Source: Desulfobacterales bacterium (GTDB taxonomy: Bacteria; Desulfobacterota; Desulfobacteria; Desulfobacterales; UBA2174). Taken from it: a stretch of DNA of 64,000 nt. The stretch covers positions 416,001 through 480,000 of the forward strand of contig CAXXWC010000010.1 of assembly GCA_963668645.2 (NCBI GenBank). Reading direction: 5' to 3'. Under the pieces are notes generated by a model, which saw only the letters and a list, made by a program, of their open reading frames with translations, made no database searches and was not told the origin of the DNA. Both the position numbers and the translations under genes were made by a program. Position 1 is the stretch's first letter. Every line of letters begins with the position of its first letter. Shown here one piece after another: positions 1 through 8,427 of the stretch.

Positions 1-274
1 CATTCACCTGCCAGGAGCGGGCCAACTGCGGTACGGGCCGCATCTGTGCATCGAAGCGCACCAGAGTGTCGTGGGTGGCCAGCATGGCCAGGATATTGTA
101 GCTGTAGTCGGCCAGTGGATTGATCTGGCGCACCTGCATGGGGGTACCGATGCGCAGGTCCGCCGCCGCCCGGGACGCCGTTTGGGCCGGTTCCGGGCCG
201 CAACCGGCAATCGCCAGCAGCATGGCGCCGAGCAGGGTAAAACGAACGGCCGGCCTCCGGAAAACGCACCGCAA
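1..274 (-). CDS. ABC transporter substrate-binding lipoprotein, family 5 (peptide/nickel), N-terminal part; runs off the window edge
   Basis: Manual minus-strand translation: LRCVFRRPAVRFTLLGAMLLAIAGC (lipobox) followed by ..LATHDTLVRFDAQMRPVPQLARSWQV, typical of the SBP_bac_5 N-terminus. Start codon (TTG 274) is uncertain. Confidence 0.75.
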   Translation of the reverse strand, partial: MRCVFRRPAVRFTLLGAMLLAIAGCGPEPAQTASRAAADLRIGTPMQVRQINPLADYSYNILAMLATHDTLVRFDAQMRPVPQLARSWQVN

Positions 275-305
275 GCCGGCCGCGAAAATCGGCGCAGGTA
301 TAGGG

Positions 306-2312
306 TCAGAAAACGAACTTGATCTCTGCAAAGTACGTGGTCCCCGGATCTTCATACATGTAGAAGGCCCGATAATCTTCATCAAACAGGTTGTCGACAC
401 TCAACGAAAAATCGATTGTTTTCAGCGCGCCCCAGGAAACGGGGATATGCTTGGTCGCCTTGAGATCCACTACCACCGATTCGTCCATCATCAGCTTTTC
501 ACCGGAACTGTTGCGTTCGGTGTTGGCGTCGTCCGAGTACTGATCGCTCAGGTAGCGCACATAGCCGCTGACGGTGAAATTGCCCGCCCGGGTGTAGATC
601 ACCCCCAGGTTGGCCTTGTGTTTGGGGCTGAAGGGCAGGTACTTGCCCTCCAGGCTAATGTCCTGGGGATTTTCATCGATGGTGGCCTTGTTGTAACTGT
701 AGTTGGCCGAGACGGTCCAGTTGGGGGCCGGATAGACGGCCAGCGCCAATTCCGCGCCGTACGATTCGGCGCGCCCGATGTTCTTGTTGATCCACACGTT
801 GCTGGCGTCGAACCAGGACATGATCTTGTCCTCGGTATAGCTGTAAAAGCCCACCAGGTTGGCCTGGGCCAGATGGCCGAACCAGCGCTCCACGCCGATC
901 TCGTAGGAATGGGTGGTTTCGGCCTTCAGATCGGGATTGGGCTGGCGCGGATTGCCCCCGGAAGTCCTGTCGTCGTAAAGCTGTTCGGAGGTCGGCGGCA
1001 AAAAGCCCATGCCGTAGCTGGCCCACAGCGAGGTGCCGTCCTCGAAATTGTAGCGCACCCCGAGCTTGGGCGTGAGCTGGTCGTCGGTGCGGTCTTCGGG
1101 GTGGGTGACGTTGAATTTGCTGAAATAGTTGTCGTAGTTTTTCCAGTGGTCGTAGCGCAGCCCGGCGGTAACGGTCAAAGGTTCGACCGGCTTCCAGACA
1201 TCCTGTAGATAACCGGCCAGGGTGCGCACCTTGTATTCGTTTTGCTGGATCAGCGCCCCGGTGAGCCAGTCGTTGTAGTCCTGATCCGTGCTCTGGTCAT
1301 TGTAAAAAAAGCCGGCCGTGATCTTGTGGCCGGCGCCAAGATCCGCCGTGGCCTGGATTTCGGCCGGGATTTCGCTGTAATCCATGTACCGCTTCTGGCG
1401 CGGATCGTAGTTGGTGCCGCCTTTGTCGTAAAGATGCAGGTAATCATCGGAGCGAAAGGCCAGATAGGCCTTTACGTCCAGGCGCGAGCCCACCGCCTGG
1501 TCGAGGATCAGGCCGCCGAAGTGATAGTCCCAGTCGCCGCCGACATGGGGCCGGCCGCGGGTGTATTCGTTGTGGAAAAAGTTGTAAAAGGCCTGCAGCC
1601 GGGTCTCTTGCGAAGGGCTGTAACCGGTGGAAAAACCGACCCCGTGCTTGTCGTAGTCGCAGTCGCCGATCATGTGAACACTTTTGTTGACGTTGTTTTC
1701 CACCACGTTGGTGCCGTCGGCGTCCTCGTAAAAGGCGGCCACGGCATAGTCGAACTTGTCCACCTGCCCGTCGGCCGAGACGGCCGAACGCCAGCGGCCG
1801 AAGCTGCCGGCCCCGCCGCTGATGGCGGCGTGGCGTTCTTTACCGCCTTGCTTGAGGATGATGTTGATCACCCCGCCGCTGGCGTTGGCACCGTAAAGGG
1901 CCGACGAAGGACCGCGGATGATCTCCACCCGCTCGATGCGCTCGGCCGGAATCGTCTGGGAGATCTGCCAGTCGGTGGGGATCCCGTTGACCAGATAGAC
2001 GGTGGCGCCGCTGCCCGCACCGCGGATGTTGGCATAGCCCGGAAAAGGCGCGTAGGCACGGCGCAGGCTGATTCCGGGAACCGAGCGCAGCAGGTCCCCC
2101 ACATCCCCGTTGACCAGGTTTTGGGCGGCGATCTGGTCTGCATGGATCACCGTGACCGATGCCGCAACGTCCTTGGCGGCCGTATCGTACTTGGTTGCGG
2201 TGACGATCATCTCATCAAGATTGGCCACTTCCGGCTGCCCCAGCGCAGGACCCGCCGGCTGGATGGCCAAAAGCATCCCGGCAATCAAAACGACCATTGT
2301 CAAACGTCTCAT
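306..2312 (-). CDS. TonB-dependent receptor
   Basis: Signal peptide MRRLTMVVLIAG.., TonB box DEMIVTA, plug motif IERVEIIRGPSSALYGANASGGVINII, NPDLKAE, C-terminal Phe. Start set to ATG 2312. Confidence 0.93.
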   Translation of the reverse strand: MRRLTMVVLIAGMLLAIQPAGPALGQPEVANLDEMIVTATKYDTAAKDVAASVTVIHADQIAAQNLVNGDVGDLLRSVPGISLRRAYAPFPGYANIRGAGSGATVYLVNGIPTDWQISQTIPAERIERVEIIRGPSSALYGANASGGVINIILKQGGKERHAAISGGAGSFGRWRSAVSADGQVDKFDYAVAAFYEDADGTNVVENNVNKSVHMIGDCDYDKHGVGFSTGYSPSQETRLQAFYNFFHNEYTRGRPHVGGDWDYHFGGLILDQAVGSRLDVKAYLAFRSDDYLHLYDKGGTNYDPRQKRYMDYSEIPAEIQATADLGAGHKITAGFFYNDQSTDQDYNDWLTGALIQQNEYKVRTLAGYLQDVWKPVEPLTVTAGLRYDHWKNYDNYFSKFNVTHPEDRTDDQLTPKLGVRYNFEDGTSLWASYGMGFLPPTSEQLYDDRTSGGNPRQPNPDLKAETTHSYEIGVERWFGHLAQANLVGFYSYTEDKIMSWFDASNVWINKNIGRAESYGAELALAVYPAPNWTVSANYSYNKATIDENPQDISLEGKYLPFSPKHKANLGVIYTRAGNFTVSGYVRYLSDQYSDDANTERNSSGEKLMMDESVVVDLKATKHIPVSWGALKTIDFSLSVDNLFDEDYRAFYMYEDPGTTYFAEIKFVF

Positions 2313-2518
2313 CTTCTGCCTCCTTGCACCAGGTTGGATTGGAGGGCAGGCCGCGACTGCCGGCGCTTGCGTTTGTGCCAGGCTTTTGCTAGACACTAAC
2401 TGCGCCGGCAGCCAGCGCTGCCGCGTATTCCCGGGAGGGCGGCCGACTCCTTGGCCGGACAGCGGCCGTCCTTCCTCCCTATTGTCCGGAACCCACCGAT
2501 TCCGGACGACACTGCCGA

Positions 2519-2572
2519 TAAAAAAAGGCCACGCAGGCGCCTGCTCTTCGAGCAGCTTTGCCTTCGTGGCCT
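2519..2572 (-). terminator. Intrinsic terminator-like hairpin in the leader of the TonB receptor gene (possible attenuator)
   Basis: Minus strand AGGCCACG-AAGGC..GCCT-GCGTGGCCT followed by a T run, about 210 nt upstream of the start codon. Confidence 0.55.
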
Positions 2573-3397
2573 GTTGCATCAAAGCCCGGTGTTAATCGCT
2601 TCGCTGTGGTGATGGGAAACGGCCGAAAGCCGCACCGTTAAGGCGCGATCCGCTGGCTACCCTTCAGGGCGGCATTGGAGTGGATCCTGGACAACGGCTT
2701 TGGCGCTATCTTTTCCAGCGCCTCTAAACGCGATAAACTCCCCCAACAACCCGGCAGCCGGAAAATTTAGTCCTGTTTAAATAGTTCACCGGCGTTTGTC
2801 AAGGGCAAGCCGGCGCCTCCGAAGTGCCCCGTCAACAGTCGGAATCCGCTCTCTTAAGGTGTGGCAACGATATATCTCTTGACGAATGCCATTACCTTTC
2901 GCCCTCTTTTCCAAATGCAGATTCCTCCTCGCTGGCGCTCGTCGGATTGACAGCAGGGGAAGAGAACTCGCTCCGGAACGACAGCGGGGGAAGTCATCGC
3001 AGGACTTTGACGGACCATGGGCACCACCACCGTCTGATTGAAGGTATTTGACACCTCGTGTGAAGACCGATATTTTGTCGGCCAACCGGCTGATTTCGAG
3101 CAAGATCGGGCCTCTTGCGGTCGCAGCTGGCGGGCAAGTCGCTCACGTCCCAACGGTCCGATACATTAGTATAGTGTCCGTCCATAAATGGTTATTTTTG
3201 GTTCCTGGCAAGGCCCGAGCGAGTTTCCAGCCGGAGCAATAGCCCGCTATTTCGAGGATTGGAAACGAGCGAGAACGCCGCCAGGGGCCGAAAGGTGCCG
3301 TTTATGGATGGACAATAGTCTATACATACCGGCCGCAAGGCTTACACCCCTTTGGCCGCCGTGCCGCTTCACACCGAACTGACGACCGGGAGACGCC

Positions 3398-4828
3398 GTG
3401 AACAAGAACAGATTCATCTGCCAGTGCATCTACGACACCCTGGATGGTCTCAGGGACGGGCTGTCCCATTTTTCAGGCCCCAGCCGGGCGGCCCTGATCT
3501 ACGCCATCCATCCGGACGACCCGGTTCACATCTTCGATCCGCAGAATCTGCTCCAGGGGCATGAGCCCTTTTTCCGCGAGCTGTATCTCGATTCAGATCA
3601 GTGGCGGGTCTCGGCGCCCCAATCGGCCGGGCGCCAGAAACTCTGCCATGTGGCCCCGGAAAAGAATCTCCAGCTCGCCGGGCTGATCTCCTTCGGCGGC
3701 CGATCCGGTTCGGTCTACTATCAAATGTGGTTCACCGAACACCATCCGGACATGTGCGCCGTCGGGCCCACCGAACGATGGCTGGAGCATGCCGCCTGGC
3801 GCCTTTCCCACGACATCACCAACGAAGAGGAACTCTATACCGGGATCTCGGGCGCTTTTTTAAGAGAGTATGCCACCCATGCGGTCAGGGACCACATCAT
3901 CGACGAAATGAACGTGATTCTCGGCTGGGACACCGATCTGAGGGTTTACCCGGTTCTGGATGCCATCCTCGGCATCTCGCGAACCATCGAAGAAGGCTCC
4001 TGGGCCAGGGGCCACCTGCTTTTTGTGGAGAGCAAGGTGATCCCCACCATGTCCTTTGTGGCCAAGTTTCCGGAAAACGAGCGGGTGGCGCTGAACAACT
4101 TCAAACATGTGCGCAAGCTGCTGCTGGCCGTGGAAGACTCCCGGCGCCAGCTTGTTTCCGACGGCCGGAACATCGTGGGCATCGCCGAGGATCAGCGGCC
4201 GATCTTTTCCCTTACGGCCAACTTCTGCGGCGGCCACGGATTCCTGAGATCCACCGGCGGAGAAATATGCAGTTTTTTCGACGGCAACTTCAAATCCACC
4301 ACCCGCCAGGCCAATCTGGTGCAGGTGGAAGAGATCCTGCTGGAAACCGATCTCGATTCTGCCGAGGGGACGGCCCTGTTCAAAATCATCTCCGAACTGG
4401 TCCACAGCGCAGAAACCCTGAAGCACGGATGCACCCTGGTGGTCGACTTTAACGATTCCCCGGTCTACATCTCCGGCCAGAAGATCGAATGCCCGCTGGA
4501 TCTGAACCAGCCGAACCTGCTGGATCTGGCCAAATCCCTGGCCAGGGTCGACGGGGCTTTGCATATCAGCAAGGAACGCCATCTGGTGGGATTTGCCTGC
4601 CTGCTCGACGGTCGCACCGTGCCGGGCGAAGACCGGGCCAGGGGGGCGCGCTTCAACTCGGCGGTCAGATTCACCGCCGAGCATGAAGGGATTTTCGTCG
4701 TGGTGGTTTCCTCGGATCGCCCGGTTTCGGTGATCCAGGACGGCATCGAAATCTCGGCCCAATGCCAGTGGAACCCGGTGACCACCTGCTCGGTTTCCCC
4801 GCCGATGCTCAAGGACTGGATCAGGTGA
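3398..4828 (+). CDS. DisA_N/DAC (diadenylate cyclase-like) domain protein with a long N-terminal extension, copy 1
   Basis: C-terminal HGCTLVV..LARVDGALHI..GARFNSA..VVVVSSD matches the DAC fold (DGA motif; RHR position reads RFN). Confidence 0.8.
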   Translation: MNKNRFICQCIYDTLDGLRDGLSHFSGPSRAALIYAIHPDDPVHIFDPQNLLQGHEPFFRELYLDSDQWRVSAPQSAGRQKLCHVAPEKNLQLAGLISFGGRSGSVYYQMWFTEHHPDMCAVGPTERWLEHAAWRLSHDITNEEELYTGISGAFLREYATHAVRDHIIDEMNVILGWDTDLRVYPVLDAILGISRTIEEGSWARGHLLFVESKVIPTMSFVAKFPENERVALNNFKHVRKLLLAVEDSRRQLVSDGRNIVGIAEDQRPIFSLTANFCGGHGFLRSTGGEICSFFDGNFKSTTRQANLVQVEEILLETDLDSAEGTALFKIISELVHSAETLKHGCTLVVDFNDSPVYISGQKIECPLDLNQPNLLDLAKSLARVDGALHISKERHLVGFACLLDGRTVPGEDRARGARFNSAVRFTAEHEGIFVVVVSSDRPVSVIQDGIEISAQCQWNPVTTCSVSPPMLKDWIR

Positions 4829-4904
4829 GACGGAACGCAAAACGAAATAGTTGCGCCGCCAAGGCAATCGCATGTAAAAACCATAGTGTCTGGAGGTATG
4901 AAAT

Positions 4905-6275
4905 ATGATCGATATTCCCACCACCGTCAAAAATAAAAGGCTAGTGGAACGGCGTCGAAAGCAGATCGTTCTTGCCGCCATCAAGCTTTTTGCCCGCAAC
5001 GGGTTTTATAAAACCACACTCAAGGACCTAGCCGAAGAGGCGGGATTGAGCTACGGCAACATCTATGATTATGTAGGCAGCAAGGAGGACATTTTTTTTC
5101 TGATTCACGATTTTCTTGCCGGCTCGGCCATGGAGATGCTTAACCGAAGCACCGAACAGCTCAAGGACCCTATCGAAAAGCTGCGGCGGATGGTGCGAGC
5201 AGAATTCAGCCTCATGGACCAGTGGGCCGATGCACTGCTGCTCATCTACCAGGAAAGCCACATCCTGAAGAACGGATTTTTAAAGCAATTGCTTAAAAAA
5301 GAGCGGGCCCATCTAGAAAAATTCGAATCCGTCCTTACCCAGGCCATCGATGAGGGGATGATCGGTGAATGCAATGTGCGACTGGTCTGCAACCTGATCA
5401 AAATGATGATCGACTCTTGGACAATGAAAAGGTGGGATTTGAGAGGGCATGCCAGCCAATTGGAGGCGGAGCAAACCATTCTTGGTATGATTTTCCACGG
5501 GCTATTGAAGGAGGGATCTCTACAAAAAGAGACGTTCCAACCTTTGTCGGAACCGCTGCGAGGAAAAACAGCCCTGGTGCTCAATGCCGGAACAAAAATT
5601 GGCCATGGCATCTGCTACGCGCTGCAAAAAAACGGAGCTCGGGTACTCTACGATGCGGGTGCCGGAAAGATTCAGGTTCTAACAAACGATGACTTGGCCT
5701 TTGAGCCCATCGTGCTAGCAAATTGCTCCAAGGGCCGATCACACCGGGACCTGTTGGACCCCCAGAGGGTGGAAAAGCGCTTCGGCCCCATCGACGTTTA
5801 TGTTCACGACATCGGTGCGGGAACTACCGAAATGCCCGGAGGGGTAGAAGCAAAACAGGTGGCCGAACAGCTTCGACTGCACCTCTATCATGCTGAGCAG
5901 ATTTCCGGATATTTTCTGGATCGCATGAAACAGCGGAGAAGCGGGCGGATTGTCTATTTGGCCCCCTGGCTCTGGGACCGGCATGCTGATCTCATTGTAT
6001 TCGAAGCCGTCAAGGCCGGGGTTGTCGCTCTTTGCCGGACCATGGCCGGTGAACTTGCCGCCTCCTCGGCTACTGTCAACTGTATCGTTCCTGGCTATTT
6101 GCGCACTAATCGACCGACACAAATTGAAAAAGCCCTTAAAGATGAAGTGGCATCCAAGATTCCCGCCAAAAGATTGGGGGAAATTTCCGATGTCACCGAT
6201 ACGGTATCTTTTCTGATTGCTGACGGTTCCAAGTACCTGACCGGTCAGGTTCTGCATGTGAGCGGAGGTCGTTAG
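4905..6275 (+). CDS. TetR/AcrR-family regulator fused to a C-terminal SDR-like domain
   Basis: N-terminal HTH IVLAAIKLFARNGFYKTTLKDLAEEAGLSYGNIYDYVGSKEDI; C-terminal GKTALV..TVNCIVPGY..YLTGQVLHVSGG. Confidence 0.85.
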   Translation: MIDIPTTVKNKRLVERRRKQIVLAAIKLFARNGFYKTTLKDLAEEAGLSYGNIYDYVGSKEDIFFLIHDFLAGSAMEMLNRSTEQLKDPIEKLRRMVRAEFSLMDQWADALLLIYQESHILKNGFLKQLLKKERAHLEKFESVLTQAIDEGMIGECNVRLVCNLIKMMIDSWTMKRWDLRGHASQLEAEQTILGMIFHGLLKEGSLQKETFQPLSEPLRGKTALVLNAGTKIGHGICYALQKNGARVLYDAGAGKIQVLTNDDLAFEPIVLANCSKGRSHRDLLDPQRVEKRFGPIDVYVHDIGAGTTEMPGGVEAKQVAEQLRLHLYHAEQISGYFLDRMKQRRSGRIVYLAPWLWDRHADLIVFEAVKAGVVALCRTMAGELAASSATVNCIVPGYLRTNRPTQIEKALKDEVASKIPAKRLGEISDVTDTVSFLIADGSKYLTGQVLHVSGGR

Positions 6276-6277
6276 TT

Positions 6278-6606
6278 TTTTTTGTTAGGCTTCTGGCGGG
6301 ATAGCCGCGATCCAACAACAGCAGGTCATGAGGCATTAGGTGGTGGCAATGTTCAACGGCCAGTTGGCGTTCGCCGACGCTCTTGGGCCGGATGCAGGCA
6401 TCAACGGTGATTTTGTTGAGCGTATCGTAGAGTTGGAACAACCGCGCCATGGGCGACGGCTTCCCTTTGCGGCAACGCCAAACGCCGAAGTGCTTTTCGA
6501 TATCGGGCGTGTGGGGCAGTTTGGTTGTGGAGCCGTCGACAGCCAGAAGCTGAAAGCCGTGCCAGGTTTTCAGGCTGAAAGCGAATAGTATATCTAATGA
6601 AAACAA
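6278..6606 (-). pseudogene. IS4-family transposase fragment
   Basis: WHGFQLLAVDGSTTKLP..PMARLFQLYD..LLLLDRGYPA contains the IS4 DDE N2/N3 motifs. Truncated; IR-like TTAAGTTAATGGTATTG at 7099-7115. Confidence 0.8.
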
Positions 6607-6700
6607 TTAGTTTAGCACACAACCAGGAAAAGCCGGTGGCGCGCCGCGCCTATACGCCTTTATTTATTCTAACTGGTTATGGAATATTCGTTTCTCTTAA

Positions 6701-7098
6701 CCCAAGTTCACCCAATTTTTCCCCGCCGTCCTTATTTTTGGGTTAAATGGACATCTGTTCATATCGGTAATCGCCTATCACATCCTGGCCCCCGGCGAAT
6801 ACAAGCTGCGTTTGTGCGGTGACCACCGCTCGTGGGCGACCATCTGTGAAATCTTGTCAACCCACCAGCGGCTGACCATCGAATACAATGCCAAAAAACA
6901 AGGGCAGGTGAAACGCAGTCACTTGCGCCTGTGCAGCACAGCCGAGCCCGAACAGCGGCGGACCTACCAGCGCCTGAACCTGAAGGAGGCCCAGCTGCCA
7001 AGAAAAATCATGAGCGCATAATCGGTAGTGGCCACAACCACCGCTAACATCCCGTAATAACAATACCTGTACCTACAGAAATAACTGGCAAACTTGGG
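6701..7098 (+). mobile_element. Internally deleted IS1634-like element (about 400 bp)
   Basis: Terminal inverted repeats CCCAAGTT (6701) and AACTTGGG (7098), TTAA on both sides. Internal ORF 6812-7021 (DHRSWATICEILSTHQRLT..RLCSTAEPEQRRTYQRL) resembles an IS1634 transposase C-terminus. Confidence 0.7.
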
Positions 7099-7289
7099 TT
7101 AAGTTAATGGTATTGCCAACATAGTACTTATTTTTTAAGTTATTACAGATAGATGTAATATTTAAATATATTCTTCTTGACAAATCGAAAAAAAAGAAAT
7201 TAATTGTGACTGGCTGACCAGAAAATGATTTACTAATCGTTTTTTGATGTTTTTCCTTATCCCGGCAAGCGGTGTTAAAGGGATGGAAA

Positions 7290-7770
7290 CCATGCTCATT
7301 CAACCAGTGAGCTCTGAGGAATGCCATGAAGGCAAAAATTTCCTTAGTGGTTTCATAGAGCATCTGAGGTTCTTGCAGGAAGCGTGGTTCCAATTGCTCT
7401 ACAAGGCACCGATGCCGCTTTCGCACCTGTTGGGCAGTTTGTTAAGAGAAGGTCAACCGGTCCATGGTGGCTGCAACATCCTGAACCGACTCGGGCACCT
7501 TGGGCAACAGATTGCGGGCAAAATACGTTCGGTGGCGCTGTCAGCTGGCACCAGGCGCTTGGATGGCGATGGCGGCCTCAAACGCCAGATTGGCGTCAGA
7601 GACCGCCAAACAAACGCCACTGAGCCCGGGGGCACGGGCCACCACCCCAAATTGCAAAAACGCCTTCCAGGCCACCTTATCCTCGCCGGTAAACACATCC
7701 AGGCCCAGAATCTGCCGATGTCCCTGGTGTTGACACCCTTGCGATCACCACCACCGCATGACTGGCCTTT
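7290..7770 (-). pseudogene. IS256-family transposase remnant
   Basis: Minus-strand pieces GHRQILGLDVFTGEDKVAWKAFL..GLSGVCLAVSDA, AS*QRHRTYFARNLLPKVP and QLEPRF..EIFAFMAFLRAHW match IS256 motifs, with a stop and frameshifts. Confidence 0.75.
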
Positions 7771-7923
7771 AACTTCTTGTGCCTTGTTGATCTATTTTTC
7801 TGTGCATGGCTGCGCAAACTATACCGAGATGGCTCTTGTGGAAAATGAAGAGAGCTCATGCCCCATCACGCAAGATCGTTGTCTTTCCAACCCAGTGAAC
7901 ATCATGAAAAGGAGGAGGTAGAC

Positions 7924-8427
7924 GTGAAAAATTCAGATGTAGAAAAGGACACTGGAGAGTTGGGCACCATTCTTCAAATCACAGTGAACGGACGAGGATA
8001 CCGGGTACTGATCGAGCCGCAGTGGACCTTGTCGTTCGTTCTCAGAGACAAGCTGGGGCTTACGGGAACAAAGATAGCTTGCGATCAAGGAGCCTGCGGC
8101 GCTTGTACGGTCATCATGGATGGCCGTCCGATTCTGTCCTGCATGACACTGGCAATCGATTGCCAAGGCAAGTCAATTCAGACGATCGAGGGAGTCGCCA
8201 GTGAGAATCATCCCATTTTAGATGCATGGGTCAATACCGAGTCGGTGCAGTGCGGGTACTGCACCCCGGGTGCCATCATGAACGCCAAGGCCCTGCTGGA
8301 CAGAAACCCGAATCCGAACGAAGAAGAAATCCGGGATGCGCTGTCAGGAAATATCTGCAGGTGCGGCACTTATCCTCGGTGGGTAAATGCGGTCAAAGCC
8401 GCTGCACAGGGAGGTAAAAATGACTGA
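7924..8427 (+). CDS. Xanthine dehydrogenase-family (2Fe-2S) small subunit
   Basis: GTKIACDQGACGACTV..SC, QCGYCTPG, GNICRCGTY; AGGAGG RBS before GTG 7924. Confidence 0.95.
   Translation: MKNSDVEKDTGELGTILQITVNGRGYRVLIEPQWTLSFVLRDKLGLTGTKIACDQGACGACTVIMDGRPILSCMTLAIDCQGKSIQTIEGVASENHPILDAWVNTESVQCGYCTPGAIMNAKALLDRNPNPNEEEIRDALSGNICRCGTYPRWVNAVKAAAQGGKND

Noticed and set aside
2313..2582. N-terminal extension of the 758-aa TonB receptor ORF
   Set aside because: The signal peptide begins at ATG 2312, and the extension overlaps hairpins and a terminator-like structure.
2580..2700. Cobalamin riboswitch call (GGGAA..CGAAAGCCGC)
   Set aside because: The resemblance is on the wrong strand for the receptor gene and no B12 box is recognisable.
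2786..3200. Possible MazF/PemK-like or other small gene (..SNTFNQTVVVPM..)
   Set aside because: Only a vague resemblance; no consistent frame or motif set.
7244..7921. 225-aa plus-strand ORF
   Set aside because: It is the antisense shadow of the IS256 remnant.
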